A DNA stretch of 64,000 bases from an uncultured Gammaproteobacteria bacterium (GCA_963835795.1 CAWIHJ010000087.1:735-64734); one strand, 5' to 3'. Positions 21,241 to 30,534 are shown, counted from the first letter of the stretch. Program-made: numbers and translations. The notes: a model not told the origin generated them from the sequence alone.

Positions 21241-22572
21241 ATGTCAAATATCTGGTCGACTGAAGCCTGGGCGATTGTCATCGCTTCCTGCGTGCTGATC
21301 CTGACAGGGGTATTGAGCGGCGAGTGGTTCATCGCCAGCCTGATCACGCTGGGATGTTATATCGCGTGGTTATACCAACGGCTGCTTAAGCTGGAACAAT
21401 GGATCAGGAAAGGCACTCGCACCAGCCAGGTCTACGAAGACCAGGGTTTCGTCGGCATCATCATCCGCCAGCTCTACCAGCAAAAGAAAACGTACAACCA
21501 GCGAAAGCGCCGAACCAAGCGCATCCTGCGTCGATTGAAGCAGAATATTTCGGCACTCCCTGACGCCACGGTGCTGCTCAATAGTGAATTCCAGATCGAG
21601 TGGTGTAACGAACCGGCCAGCTACCTGCTTAATCTGCGCTCGCCCCAGGATCTGGGTTATAAAATCAATAACATGATACGTGATCCGGTGTTCATGGCTT
21701 ACCTGAAGAATCCGGGCGACCGGGAATATATCGAAATCCAGTCTCCGATGGACGAAGACATAAGTATTCAGATCAAATTGGTATCGTTTAGTGGGAACAA
21801 GTTGCTGATGATCGCTAGAAATATAAGCGACCAGAAACAGCTGCAGAAGAGTTTGAAAAACTTCGTCGCCAATGCCTCGCATGAGCTGAAGTCTCCGATG
21901 ACGGTTATTTCGGGGCACCTGGAAATGCTCGAAGCCGAAGATAACCTGAGCGATACCGGTAAACGTTCGCTGCATACGGCACAGCGTCAGACCGAGCGTA
22001 TGAAAGAATTGATCCAGGGGCTGTTGCTGCTATCGCAGGTAGAAAGCTATCGCCTGGCAGCGGATGAAGGAGACCAGATTTCGGTCCCAGAGTTGATGGT
22101 CAACGTCGTGGCAGCACTCGAAAAATATTCAGATAAAGAACGCGTTCAGCTGGATTATGCGGACGACCTGATGTTACTGGGGGTTAAGGTCGAGATCGAG
22201 GGAATCTGTATCAACCTGGTAGAGAACGCGCTCAAATATACTGCTCCCGGCACAGTCATCCGGGTTAACTGGGAAGAAAATTTACGCGGTGAATACGTGT
22301 TCAGCGTCGAGGACCAGGGACCCGGCATCGAAGCGGAAGATATCTCAAAGATTAGCAAACGCTATTATCGTGGCGCAAAAAGCAGGGCCGAGACTACCGG
22401 TTCAGGGCTTGGCCTCGCAATCGTGCAGCATGCGGCGAGTAAGCATGGGGCGATATTCAAGATCGAAAGCGAGCCCGATAACGGCAGCCGCTTTAGCGTA
22501 ACTTTCCCCAGTTATCGCTGCATTCACGAACAAAAGCAGGTTGCCCGGGTCATTCGCCTGACCGACTACTAG
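21241..22572 (+). CDS. phoR: Phosphate regulon sensor kinase PhoR
   Basis: N-terminal TM helices, PAS-like ALPDA..IEWCN, H-box FVANASHELKSP, NLVENALKY, DQGPGI, GSGLGLAIV. Confidence 0.9.
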   Translation: MSNIWSTEAWAIVIASCVLILTGVLSGEWFIASLITLGCYIAWLYQRLLKLEQWIRKGTRTSQVYEDQGFVGIIIRQLYQQKKTYNQRKRRTKRILRRLKQNISALPDATVLLNSEFQIEWCNEPASYLLNLRSPQDLGYKINNMIRDPVFMAYLKNPGDREYIEIQSPMDEDISIQIKLVSFSGNKLLMIARNISDQKQLQKSLKNFVANASHELKSPMTVISGHLEMLEAEDNLSDTGKRSLHTAQRQTERMKELIQGLLLLSQVESYRLAADEGDQISVPELMVNVVAALEKYSDKERVQLDYADDLMLLGVKVEIEGICINLVENALKYTAPGTVIRVNWEENLRGEYVFSVEDQGPGIEAEDISKISKRYYRGAKSRAETTGSGLGLAIVQHAASKHGAIFKIESEPDNGSRFSVTFPSYRCIHEQKQVARVIRLTDY

Positions 22573-22697
22573 GACGCCTTTGTAGCGACGCAGCGGCAAG
22601 TTGGGAATGGTTCCTGACTTACCATCAACTGGATTAAATCTCGCGGCGGATTGACGAATTCCAGGATTTGTTGCCGATCATCATGGTTTTTAGAGTT

Positions 22698-22715
22698 TTG
22701 TAACATGAATGTCAT
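22698..22715 (+). promoter_or_regulatory. Pho box upstream of pstS
   Basis: TTGTAAC-ATGA-ATGTCAT, 11-bp-period direct repeat about 130 bp upstream of pstS. Confidence 0.7.
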
Positions 22716-22845
22716 ATTTATTGGCTTTAATGACATGGCTCGATTAGCGATGGTTTTAGCAAGCTCGGAATATTTATTAATCCGTTAGCGGCTTTCGCTT
22801 AATAATAAAACTATACCGAAAATCCATAGATAGAGGTCAGAGAAC

Positions 22846-23745
22846 ATGAAAGTTGGATATATCGTCGCATTCTCAGTGGTAACCGCCATTAGCATCAGTG
22901 GCCCGAGCCTGGCAGCAAATACCCTGATCCAGAACAAGGGCTCCGATACCCTGGTCAACGTGGCCCAGGCCTGGGCCGAAGAATATCCATCTGTAAATCC
23001 CGATGTTACGGTTGCGGTATCGGGCGGTGGCTCAGGAACCGGCATCGCGGCGATGATTAACGGTACCGTGGATATCGCCAACGCCAGCCGCAAGATGAAG
23101 GATAAAGAGTTACAAAAGGCCAAGGAATCGGGTCAGGACCCGGTTGAATTCGTGGTCGGTTTTGACGCCCTGGCCGTATTTATCCATGAAAACAATCCAG
23201 CCAAGACTTTTACTTTTAACCAGCTTGGCAAAATCTTCGGGCGCGGTGGCGATGCCACCAAGTGGTCCGACCTGGGACTCAGCGTGCCCGGTTGTAACAG
23301 TGATGAAATCGTTGTCGTCAGCCGGCAGAACAACTCAGGCACCTACGCTTATTTCAAGAGCTCGGTATTGAAAAGCGCCGCCGCAGCCGGTGTGATCTCA
23401 AAGGGCAGTTTTCGCCAGGGTACCCTGGACATGCACGGTTCCAAGGACGTGGTCGACCTGGTGGAGAAAACTCCCTGCGCGATTGGCTACAGTGGACTGG
23501 CTTATGCGACCGAACATTTGAAACTAGTCTGTATCGCAAAAGTAGAGGGAGAAGCCTGCATAATTCCAAGCGTCAAGACCGCCAGTGACCGCAGCTACCC
23601 AATCGCTCGCCCCCTGTTTATGTACACCAACGGTCAACCCAAAGGCGCGATTAAAGGTTACATGGACTGGATCCTGTCGGATGCAGGCCAATGTATTATG
23701 AAAAAGAAAGGTTACGCTACTGTCCGAGATGTCAGTTGCTCATAA
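22846..23745 (+). CDS. pstS: Phosphate ABC transporter substrate-binding protein
   Basis: Signal peptide, KGSDTL, GGGSGTGI, DIANASR, SRQNNSGT, YPIARPLFMY. Confidence 0.92.
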   Translation: MKVGYIVAFSVVTAISISGPSLAANTLIQNKGSDTLVNVAQAWAEEYPSVNPDVTVAVSGGGSGTGIAAMINGTVDIANASRKMKDKELQKAKESGQDPVEFVVGFDALAVFIHENNPAKTFTFNQLGKIFGRGGDATKWSDLGLSVPGCNSDEIVVVSRQNNSGTYAYFKSSVLKSAAAAGVISKGSFRQGTLDMHGSKDVVDLVEKTPCAIGYSGLAYATEHLKLVCIAKVEGEACIIPSVKTASDRSYPIARPLFMYTNGQPKGAIKGYMDWILSDAGQCIMKKKGYATVRDVSCS

Positions 23746-23783
23746 GGAGTTCTCTCCAATTAAACAGTTGCCGGTGAAAAGTT

Positions 23784-24863
23784 ATGTCTCATCTTGAAGA
23801 ACGCCTGGAACATGATTTAAACGAAATTCGTGATCAGATTGCAACCATGGGCTCCAGCGTTGAACAGGCGCTCGCAGGCGCATTTCGTGCCCTGCACGAG
23901 GGCGATGACAAACTTGCTTTCACCACAATCCTGTCCGACCTGCCGATAAACCGCCTGATGCGTAAGATCGATCGGACCTGTCACGCCTTTATCGCCGTGC
24001 ACCTGCCAAGCGCGGGGCATTTGCGATTTATCTCATCGGTTATTCGCGGCAATATCATACTCGAACGGATTGGCGACTACGCGGTAACCATTGCGCGCGA
24101 GTCGGTGCAGCTGGGTGATGTTCCGGAGGGCTATATGTCGACCGAACTGAAAAACATCAGCGACGAGGCCGTATCGGTTCTGAGTGAATCCATCAGTGCT
24201 TTCAATTCGTCGAATGCCGAACGCGCCCGGGCCGCGATAACCATGGCCGGGAAGGTCGAGCGCGAGATGGATGGCATTTATGCCGAACTGCTGGACAGCG
24301 CCGAGAAGAAGGGTGGCTGTAACCGCAATAGCATGATTTATCTCATCATTTTCACCCAGCTGAAGCGCATTTCCGACCAGGCAAAGAACCTTGCGGAAGA
24401 GGCCATTTTTATCGAAACCGGTGAGACCAAGAAACCGAAAGTCTACCGCATTCTGTTTCTCGATGAAGACAACAGCTGCCTCGGCCCGATGGCGGAGTTG
24501 ATTGCCAGCAAGATTTATCCCGACGCTGGCCAATATACGAGCGCCGGGGTTCACCCGGCCGACAGCCTGAATGCGAACATGGTGGCGTTCATGGAAACAC
24601 GCGGCTTTAATCTATCCAGTCTCGCGCCGCAAAAACTGGATTCGAGCCGTGAGTCGCTGTCGCAATACCATGTCATTGTCGGGCTGCATAAAAAAGTGCT
24701 CAAGACCGTGGTCAAGATACCGTTCCGCACGTCGGCGCTTAACTGGAAAGATGTCAAGGTTCCGCAAAATGATGACGTGGAAGCCTGGGAAACCTTGCAT
24801 AAGACCCTGGGGCTTCACATCAAGGAGTTGCTAACCCTGTTACGTGGCGACGAGGCCATGTGA
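23784..24863 (+). CDS. phoU: PhoU fused to a C-terminal degenerate LMW-PTP/ArsC-like domain
   Basis: PhoU repeats (..LERIGDYAVTIA; ..KRISDQAKNLAEE), then RILFLDEDNSCLGPMAE..SAGVHPA..M..RGFNLS (LMWPc fold with CX5R lost). Confidence 0.85.
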   Translation: MSHLEERLEHDLNEIRDQIATMGSSVEQALAGAFRALHEGDDKLAFTTILSDLPINRLMRKIDRTCHAFIAVHLPSAGHLRFISSVIRGNIILERIGDYAVTIARESVQLGDVPEGYMSTELKNISDEAVSVLSESISAFNSSNAERARAAITMAGKVEREMDGIYAELLDSAEKKGGCNRNSMIYLIIFTQLKRISDQAKNLAEEAIFIETGETKKPKVYRILFLDEDNSCLGPMAELIASKIYPDAGQYTSAGVHPADSLNANMVAFMETRGFNLSSLAPQKLDSSRESLSQYHVIVGLHKKVLKTVVKIPFRTSALNWKDVKVPQNDDVEAWETLHKTLGLHIKELLTLLRGDEAM

Positions 24864-24864
24864 G

Positions 24865-25797
24865 ATGGGTCAGTTGTCCGGACAGCAGGCGCGAAACCTG
24901 CCAGACATCAATCAGCGTAATGCTGACTGGTATATCGATAAAATAGTCCAGTATCTGGTTTTCCTGAGCGGTATATCCGCGATTATCCTGATTGTCGGCA
25001 TCTTCGTTTTCGTAACTGTCGAAGGTTTCGGCTTCCTGCTCGAAGATTTCAGTTTCAAGGAGTTTTTCCTGTCGCAGTGGTGGGAACCGACGGACGACGA
25101 TGAGCCCACTTACGGTATCCTGGCGTTGATTGCCGGTACCGCCAGCGTCACCGGCCTCGCGATGCTGGTGGCGATTCCGTTTTCTCTCGGCAGCGCCGTT
25201 TTCGTTGCCGAGTTTGCCACCGGCAAGACGCGCGAAACCCTGAAGGTTCTGATCGAGCTGCTGGCAGCGATCCCCTCGGTGGTCTGGGGTTTCATCGGAC
25301 TGTCGATCATGAACCCTCTGATCATAGACATCTTCGACGTCCCGGTGGGGCTGAATATCCTCAATGCCGGGATCATACTCGGATTGATGGCAGCCCCGAT
25401 CATGACCTCGATCTGCGAAGATGCGCTGAAGGCAGTGCCGGATCGCTATCGCGAGGCGGCGGAAGCCCTAGGTGGAACCCGTTGGCAGGTGATTTACAAA
25501 ACCGTGTTGCCGGCCGCCAAAAACGGTTTGCTGGGCGGCGTGCTGCTGGGCGTCGGTCGGGGTTTCGGCGAAACCATGGCGGTGCTGATGGCGACCGGGC
25601 ACGCGATCAACATGCCCGACAGCGTATTCGATTCGGTGCGTGCACTTACCGCGACGATCGCCGCGGAACTGGGCGAAACCGCGGTTGGATCACCGCACTA
25701 CCAGGCATTGTTCACGATCGGAATCTTTCTGTTCATGATCACCTTCATCATCAACCTGACTGCAGACCTCATTGTCCGCGGCATACGTCAGAGCTAG
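24865..25797 (+). CDS. pstC: Phosphate ABC transporter permease PstC
   Basis: ELLAAIPSVVWG, EDALKAVP..REAAEALG, GRGFGETMAVLM. Confidence 0.93.
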   Translation: MGQLSGQQARNLPDINQRNADWYIDKIVQYLVFLSGISAIILIVGIFVFVTVEGFGFLLEDFSFKEFFLSQWWEPTDDDEPTYGILALIAGTASVTGLAMLVAIPFSLGSAVFVAEFATGKTRETLKVLIELLAAIPSVVWGFIGLSIMNPLIIDIFDVPVGLNILNAGIILGLMAAPIMTSICEDALKAVPDRYREAAEALGGTRWQVIYKTVLPAAKNGLLGGVLLGVGRGFGETMAVLMATGHAINMPDSVFDSVRALTATIAAELGETAVGSPHYQALFTIGIFLFMITFIINLTADLIVRGIRQS

Positions 25798-25805
25798 GCA
25801 AAATT

Positions 25806-26702
25806 ATGGCCACTACAGCTATCATCCAAAACCAGTTCCTTGAAACCGATCTTAACGTCCGCGCCAAGCGCACCGAGACCCTGTTTCGTATCCTGTTCAT
25901 GATGATGGCGGGCCTACTGATATTACCGGTGTTGGTCATATTGACCACCCTGATCGTCAAGGGTAGCAGCATGATTTCCCTCGAATTCCTGTTCGGCAAT
26001 CCGACCAATGGCATGACCGAAGGAGGTATCTTCCCTGCCCTGCTCGGCACCATCTGGCTGGTTGGCGTGGCGCTGGTGATATCGGTTCCGGTGGGCGTCG
26101 CGGCAGCGGTGTACCTCAGTGAGTATGCACCGAATAACTGGTTCACGCGCGCCATCAACCTCGCGATTATCAACCTCGCAGGTGTGCCCTCGATCGTGCA
26201 TGCGCTATTTGGCGTTGGCGCCTTCGTGATCTTTTTTGGTTTCGGCACCAGCATTCTGGCTGCCAGCATGACGCTCGCAGTCATGACGCTGCCGGTCGTC
26301 ATCGTGGCGACCCGCGAATCCCTACAGGCCGTGCCGCATGCCTTCCGGGAAGCCTGCTGGAACATGGGTGCCACGCGCTGGCAAACCATTCGGCGCGTGG
26401 TATTGCCTAATTCAGTCAGCGGTATTCTGACCGGTGTCATTCTCGAGGTTTCGCGCACCACGGGTGAAACCGCACCGATCATGTTCACCGGGGCCGCGTT
26501 CTTTATCCCGGTGTTACCCGAGAGCGTGTTCGATCAAACCATGGCCCTGTCCCTGCATTTGTTCGTGGTTGCAACCCAGGTACCCGGTGTCCCCGACGCG
26601 TTACCCTACGGTGTCGCGCTGGTCCTGATCTCGATGGTTTTGCTGATGAACAGCGCCTCGATTGCGTTGCGTATGCACCTGCGCGGGAAGAAAAAATGGT
26701 AA
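25806..26702 (+). CDS. pstA: Phosphate ABC transporter permease PstA
   Basis: GGIFPALLGT, AVYLSEYA, LAGVPSIV, REACWNMGATRWQ, GETAPI. Confidence 0.93.
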   Translation: MATTAIIQNQFLETDLNVRAKRTETLFRILFMMMAGLLILPVLVILTTLIVKGSSMISLEFLFGNPTNGMTEGGIFPALLGTIWLVGVALVISVPVGVAAAVYLSEYAPNNWFTRAINLAIINLAGVPSIVHALFGVGAFVIFFGFGTSILAASMTLAVMTLPVVIVATRESLQAVPHAFREACWNMGATRWQTIRRVVLPNSVSGILTGVILEVSRTTGETAPIMFTGAAFFIPVLPESVFDQTMALSLHLFVVATQVPGVPDALPYGVALVLISMVLLMNSASIALRMHLRGKKKW

Positions 26703-27499
26703 CCGCGACGCCAAACATGGCAAAGGTTGCGGATACTCGGGAATCCGCGGTCAAGCTCGAGGTTCGTGACGTCGCGATCCGCTACGGCGCGGACACGGCG
26801 ATTTCAGGGATTACCCTGGACGTCAGGGAAAACGAGATTTTCGGTATTATCGGCCCGGCCAACGCCGGCAAGACATCATTCCTCAAAGCCCTGAACCGGA
26901 TGAATGATTTCAATACGAATATGTCTGTCGACGGCGAGATTCTGTTTGAAGGCACAAATATCCGTGACGTGCGCAATGTGTATGCGCTGCGCAGTCGCAT
27001 CGGGGTTGTTTTCCCGCTACCCGTAGGGCTGCCGCTCACCGTTTACGAAAACGTCGCTTTTGTTCCGCGTTTGCGAGGGATTCGAGAGAAAGCCGAACTC
27101 AATGTCATCGTCGAGCGTTGTCTGACCCGTGCGGCCCTGTGGGACGAAGTCAAGGATCGACTGGACTCGCTAGGTAGCCTGTTATCCGGTGGCCAGCAGC
27201 AGCGATTGACGATCGCGCGGGCACTGTCGCAAGAGCCGGAACTGCTGATGCTGGACGAGTTTTCAATCGCGGTAGACCCGGTTACAACGATGCGCATCGA
27301 AGACGTACTTAAGGAACTGAAATCGGAAATGAGCATTATCCTGGTGACCAACCTGGTGCAACAGGCGCGTCGCCTTGCCGATCGCACCGCATTCTTCCTC
27401 AGCGGGGAATGCGTCGAGATCGGCGAAACCGGGGCGATGTTTTCCGGCCAGGTAAAAGATTCGCGTACCGGTGATTACATTGAAGGCCGCTTCGGGTGA
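26696..27499 (+). CDS. pstB: Phosphate ABC ATPase, copy 1 (degenerate Q-loop and H-switch, intact LSGGQ)
   Basis: GPANAGKT, LNRM, VFPLP, AALWDEVKDRL, LSGGQQQRL, MLDEFSIAVDP, VTNL. Confidence 0.85.
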   Translation: MVTATPNMAKVADTRESAVKLEVRDVAIRYGADTAISGITLDVRENEIFGIIGPANAGKTSFLKALNRMNDFNTNMSVDGEILFEGTNIRDVRNVYALRSRIGVVFPLPVGLPLTVYENVAFVPRLRGIREKAELNVIVERCLTRAALWDEVKDRLDSLGSLLSGGQQQRLTIARALSQEPELLMLDEFSIAVDPVTTMRIEDVLKELKSEMSIILVTNLVQQARRLADRTAFFLSGECVEIGETGAMFSGQVKDSRTGDYIEGRFG

Positions 27500-28314
27500 T
27501 GGACGCTGAAATCGATATGAACACCGAGCAAAGCGAGGTCGAAACGAACTCAGAACTGGCGATCCGTACGGCAGACCTGAATCTCTGGTACGGCACATTC
27601 CAGGCACTTTACGACGTCAACCTCGAGATCAAGCAAGGCAGGGTCACGTCGTTGATTGGGCCTTCTGGCTGCGGCAAATCCACTTTTTTACGCAGCGTAA
27701 ACCGGATTAACGAACGCCTTGGATACGTGAGCATTAATGGCTCCATCGACGTGTTCGGCAATAATATTTACGCGCCGGAAGTGGAGTTGGTCCAGGTGCG
27801 CAAACAAGTTGGCATGGTATTTCAACGACCCAATCCGCTGCCAACATCGATCCGCGAGAATATCCTGTTCGGCCACAAACTGCATAATCGGGACAGGAAA
27901 TACAGCCGCGACGACGAGGACGAGATTGTTGAGGATTCACTACGCCAGGTATTACTCTGGGACAAGGTGAAGGATCATCTGAAACGCAGGGCGACCGAAT
28001 TATCCCTGGAAGAGCAGCAAAAATTATGTATCGCACGCCTGCTGCCGGTTAAGCCGCTCGTGCTATTAATGGACGAACCCTGCTCTGCGCTCGATCCTAA
28101 AGGAACCGCTGCGGTCGAGGAACTGATCTGGGAGTTGCGCGGCAAATACTCGATTCTGGTCGTGACCCACAACATGGCCCAGGCCCGCCGCGCCAGCGAG
28201 GAGTGTATTTTCATGCTGATGGGCAAGGTTATCGAGCACACCGATACCGCTGATATGTTCGTTACTCCGATCCACCAGGAAACGGCGGATTATATTGAAG
28301 GCCGATACGGGTAG
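27496..28314 (+). CDS. pstB: Phosphate ABC ATPase, copy 2 (intact Walker A/B, Q-loop, H-switch; degenerate signature)
   Basis: GPSGCGKST, MVFQRPNP, LSLEEQQKL, MDEPCSALDP, VTHNMAQA, YIEGRYG. Confidence 0.88.
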   Translation: MMDAEIDMNTEQSEVETNSELAIRTADLNLWYGTFQALYDVNLEIKQGRVTSLIGPSGCGKSTFLRSVNRINERLGYVSINGSIDVFGNNIYAPEVELVQVRKQVGMVFQRPNPLPTSIRENILFGHKLHNRDRKYSRDDEDEIVEDSLRQVLLWDKVKDHLKRRATELSLEEQQKLCIARLLPVKPLVLLMDEPCSALDPKGTAAVEELIWELRGKYSILVVTHNMAQARRASEECIFMLMGKVIEHTDTADMFVTPIHQETADYIEGRYG

Positions 28315-28534
28315 TCGCTGATACTTTAGCAGTCCTTCCCGTAAGTTCGACAACATTAATCTACGCTGGCAAAATGAAGTTCGTCATTAGCGCCGATACC
28401 GCGGGCCATTTCTAATTACACCTTGAACCCTTGCGTAATTAAATCGCTGCATTTCTACCTTTTAATATCCCGGGTTGACGATTAAAATAGCCCGATTACT
28501 TTGAATTTACCCAGCCCTGTAGTTCTGGAGGTAC

Positions 28535-29752
28535 GTGGCTAAAACACTTGTAGAAGACCTTGAGGACAAGACCCGCATACCGTTCCTGAGAGGTATCCTG
28601 ATTCGTAGCCTGCAGGATTCAGCCGTCGCATTTGAAGAAGCCTCCCAGATTGCGACCGATATCCGTAAAGAGCTTGCCGACACCGAATTGATTTCGACGA
28701 CAAATCTGGGCCAGATAGTGCTGGACCGCCTTAAATCGATGGGCAACGAGAATAGCGCCGTTCGATACGAAAATCGTAATATCCCGCTCACCATTCAGGT
28801 CGAGCATCAAGATGGGCGCATGTCGCCATTTTCCCGGCAAGAGTTTCGGCACAGTCTCGAGACCATAGGCCTGAAACCGAGAGAAGCGGATTCCATAGTC
28901 CTGATCCTACTGGAGCACCTGGGAAACAAATCGATCGAAACAGTTAGATCCAATCAACTGGCGATGTTGATCTATCGTTACCTGCGCCAGTCAAGCAAAC
29001 TCGGTCCTGCCGTTGCACATCGCTGGCTGGTATGGCACGACTTTGTCAATAGCGGCCGGGAATTGATCTATCTCATCGGCGGTACCGCCGGTTGTGGCAA
29101 AAGCTCCACTGCCAATATGCTGGCCAGCCGGCTCCAGATTGTGAGCACCCAGTCCACTGACATGCTGCGCGAAGTTATGCGCACCATGATTCCCGAAAAG
29201 ATGATGCCCGTGCTGCACCAATCGTCCTTTACCGCATGGCAGGGCTTGTCTGGGCCGCTGCAAAAGAATGGTGAGGTATCGGAAGCACTGTTGGTGCAGG
29301 GTTACCGCAGCCAGGCCGATTTACTTTCGCTAGCAATCGAGGCCGTGATCGATCGGGCAACACGTGAACACGTTTCGCTGGTGCTGGAAGGCGTGCACAT
29401 ACACCCTGCTTTCATGGAACGGCTGCAGGCCGAAACCGATGTCGTGGTGATACCCATCATGCTGGGTGTGTTGAAACGCAATCATTTGCAACAAAGAATC
29501 AAGCGCCGCAGCACCAATTTGCCGGACCGGGGAGCCAGGAATTACCTACAGCATTTCAATGAAATCTGGCGCTTGCAATCCTACCTGCTGTCCGAGGCCG
29601 ACCGCGCCAATATTCACATTGTAGTGAATGAAAGCAGGGACAAGACATTCACTGAAATTATGCGTTTTACGATTGCCACCCTGGCCAGGACCTTCGATAA
29701 CACCCCGGAAAAGGTTTTCGGTGTTAAAGCCTTCGTCGACGACAGGGATTAA
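28535..29752 (+). CDS. ATP-cone-containing 2-phosphoglycerate kinase-like P-loop kinase
   Basis: Two ATP-cone-like segments (PFLRGILIRSL; PFSRQEFRHSL), then LIGGTAGCGKSS..LASRL..STDMLREVMR..LHQSSF..VLEGVHIHP..Y..HFNEIW.LQ.YL; GGAGG RBS. Confidence 0.8.
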   Translation: MAKTLVEDLEDKTRIPFLRGILIRSLQDSAVAFEEASQIATDIRKELADTELISTTNLGQIVLDRLKSMGNENSAVRYENRNIPLTIQVEHQDGRMSPFSRQEFRHSLETIGLKPREADSIVLILLEHLGNKSIETVRSNQLAMLIYRYLRQSSKLGPAVAHRWLVWHDFVNSGRELIYLIGGTAGCGKSSTANMLASRLQIVSTQSTDMLREVMRTMIPEKMMPVLHQSSFTAWQGLSGPLQKNGEVSEALLVQGYRSQADLLSLAIEAVIDRATREHVSLVLEGVHIHPAFMERLQAETDVVVIPIMLGVLKRNHLQQRIKRRSTNLPDRGARNYLQHFNEIWRLQSYLLSEADRANIHIVVNESRDKTFTEIMRFTIATLARTFDNTPEKVFGVKAFVDDRD

Positions 29753-29800
29753 AGAAAACAGGATTCGCCCAGGGTAAGGCGCAAGGTCATCCGGGGGCAG

Positions 29801-30445
29801 TCAGGAATTTGAACCCGGGTTGAAAGGTATCTTGATGACACGATCACGCACAAACCCTGAAGGCTTGCCAAGTTCCTTGTAACGTAGGCAATTTTTACCC
29901 TTGAACAGGAAATCTCCGATATAGCGGAATGATATTCGTCGCGCCAGATTGTCCGCGTACTCCAGTCCGAGAAAATGACAAATAAGACCTCTGATCACTC
30001 CGGCGTGTGCGACAACGAGTGCGGACTGCTCTGGATGTGCCTCGACCAGTGCCAACACATAACGAACACTGCGTTGCTGCATCTGACGAAAACTCTCGCC
30101 GTTCGGATAAACCATGTCAGGATTCTTCTTGTGCTGGGGGTAATTATCGATAATCCATGACTTTCGTTTTTGCTGAAATTCCCCGTAGTTGACCTCGTTC
30201 AATTCGGCCGAGCTATCGACGGTTGATATACCCAGAACGCGGGCATGCAATTTCGCCGTCTGCCGGGAGCGCTCCAGGTCACTCGAATAAACCGCGTCGA
30301 AGTCGACCCCCTGTTCGGTCAAAAGCGCGTCGACGAAATCGAAATCGGCCTTCCAGTCCTGGCAGGGAGGTGAATCTCCCCAGCCCAGGACCCTGCCGTC
30401 ATCGTTGGTTTGAGTCTTATAGTGTCGGATAAGAATAATGCGCAT
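29801..30445 (-). CDS. Histidine phosphatase (phosphoglycerate mutase) family protein
   Basis: ILIRHYKT (RHG variant), YSSDLERSRQTA, LNEVNYGEF, PNGES, VVAHAGVIR. Confidence 0.85.
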   Translation of the reverse strand: MRIILIRHYKTQTNDDGRVLGWGDSPPCQDWKADFDFVDALLTEQGVDFDAVYSSDLERSRQTAKLHARVLGISTVDSSAELNEVNYGEFQQKRKSWIIDNYPQHKKNPDMVYPNGESFRQMQQRSVRYVLALVEAHPEQSALVVAHAGVIRGLICHFLGLEYADNLARRISFRYIGDFLFKGKNCLRYKELGKPSGFVRDRVIKIPFNPGSNS

Positions 30446-30534
30446 TCTCGCAGCATAGACATTTAGTCCGGCATTGGAAAGCCCACTTGACGGTTAACCA
30501 GGGACTATGCTCCCCGTTAACGCCAGGATCAGAG

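Noticed and set aside
28315-28534. Pho box upstream of the 2-PGK-like gene
   Set aside because: Only an isolated GTCAT half-site; no 11-bp-period direct repeat.
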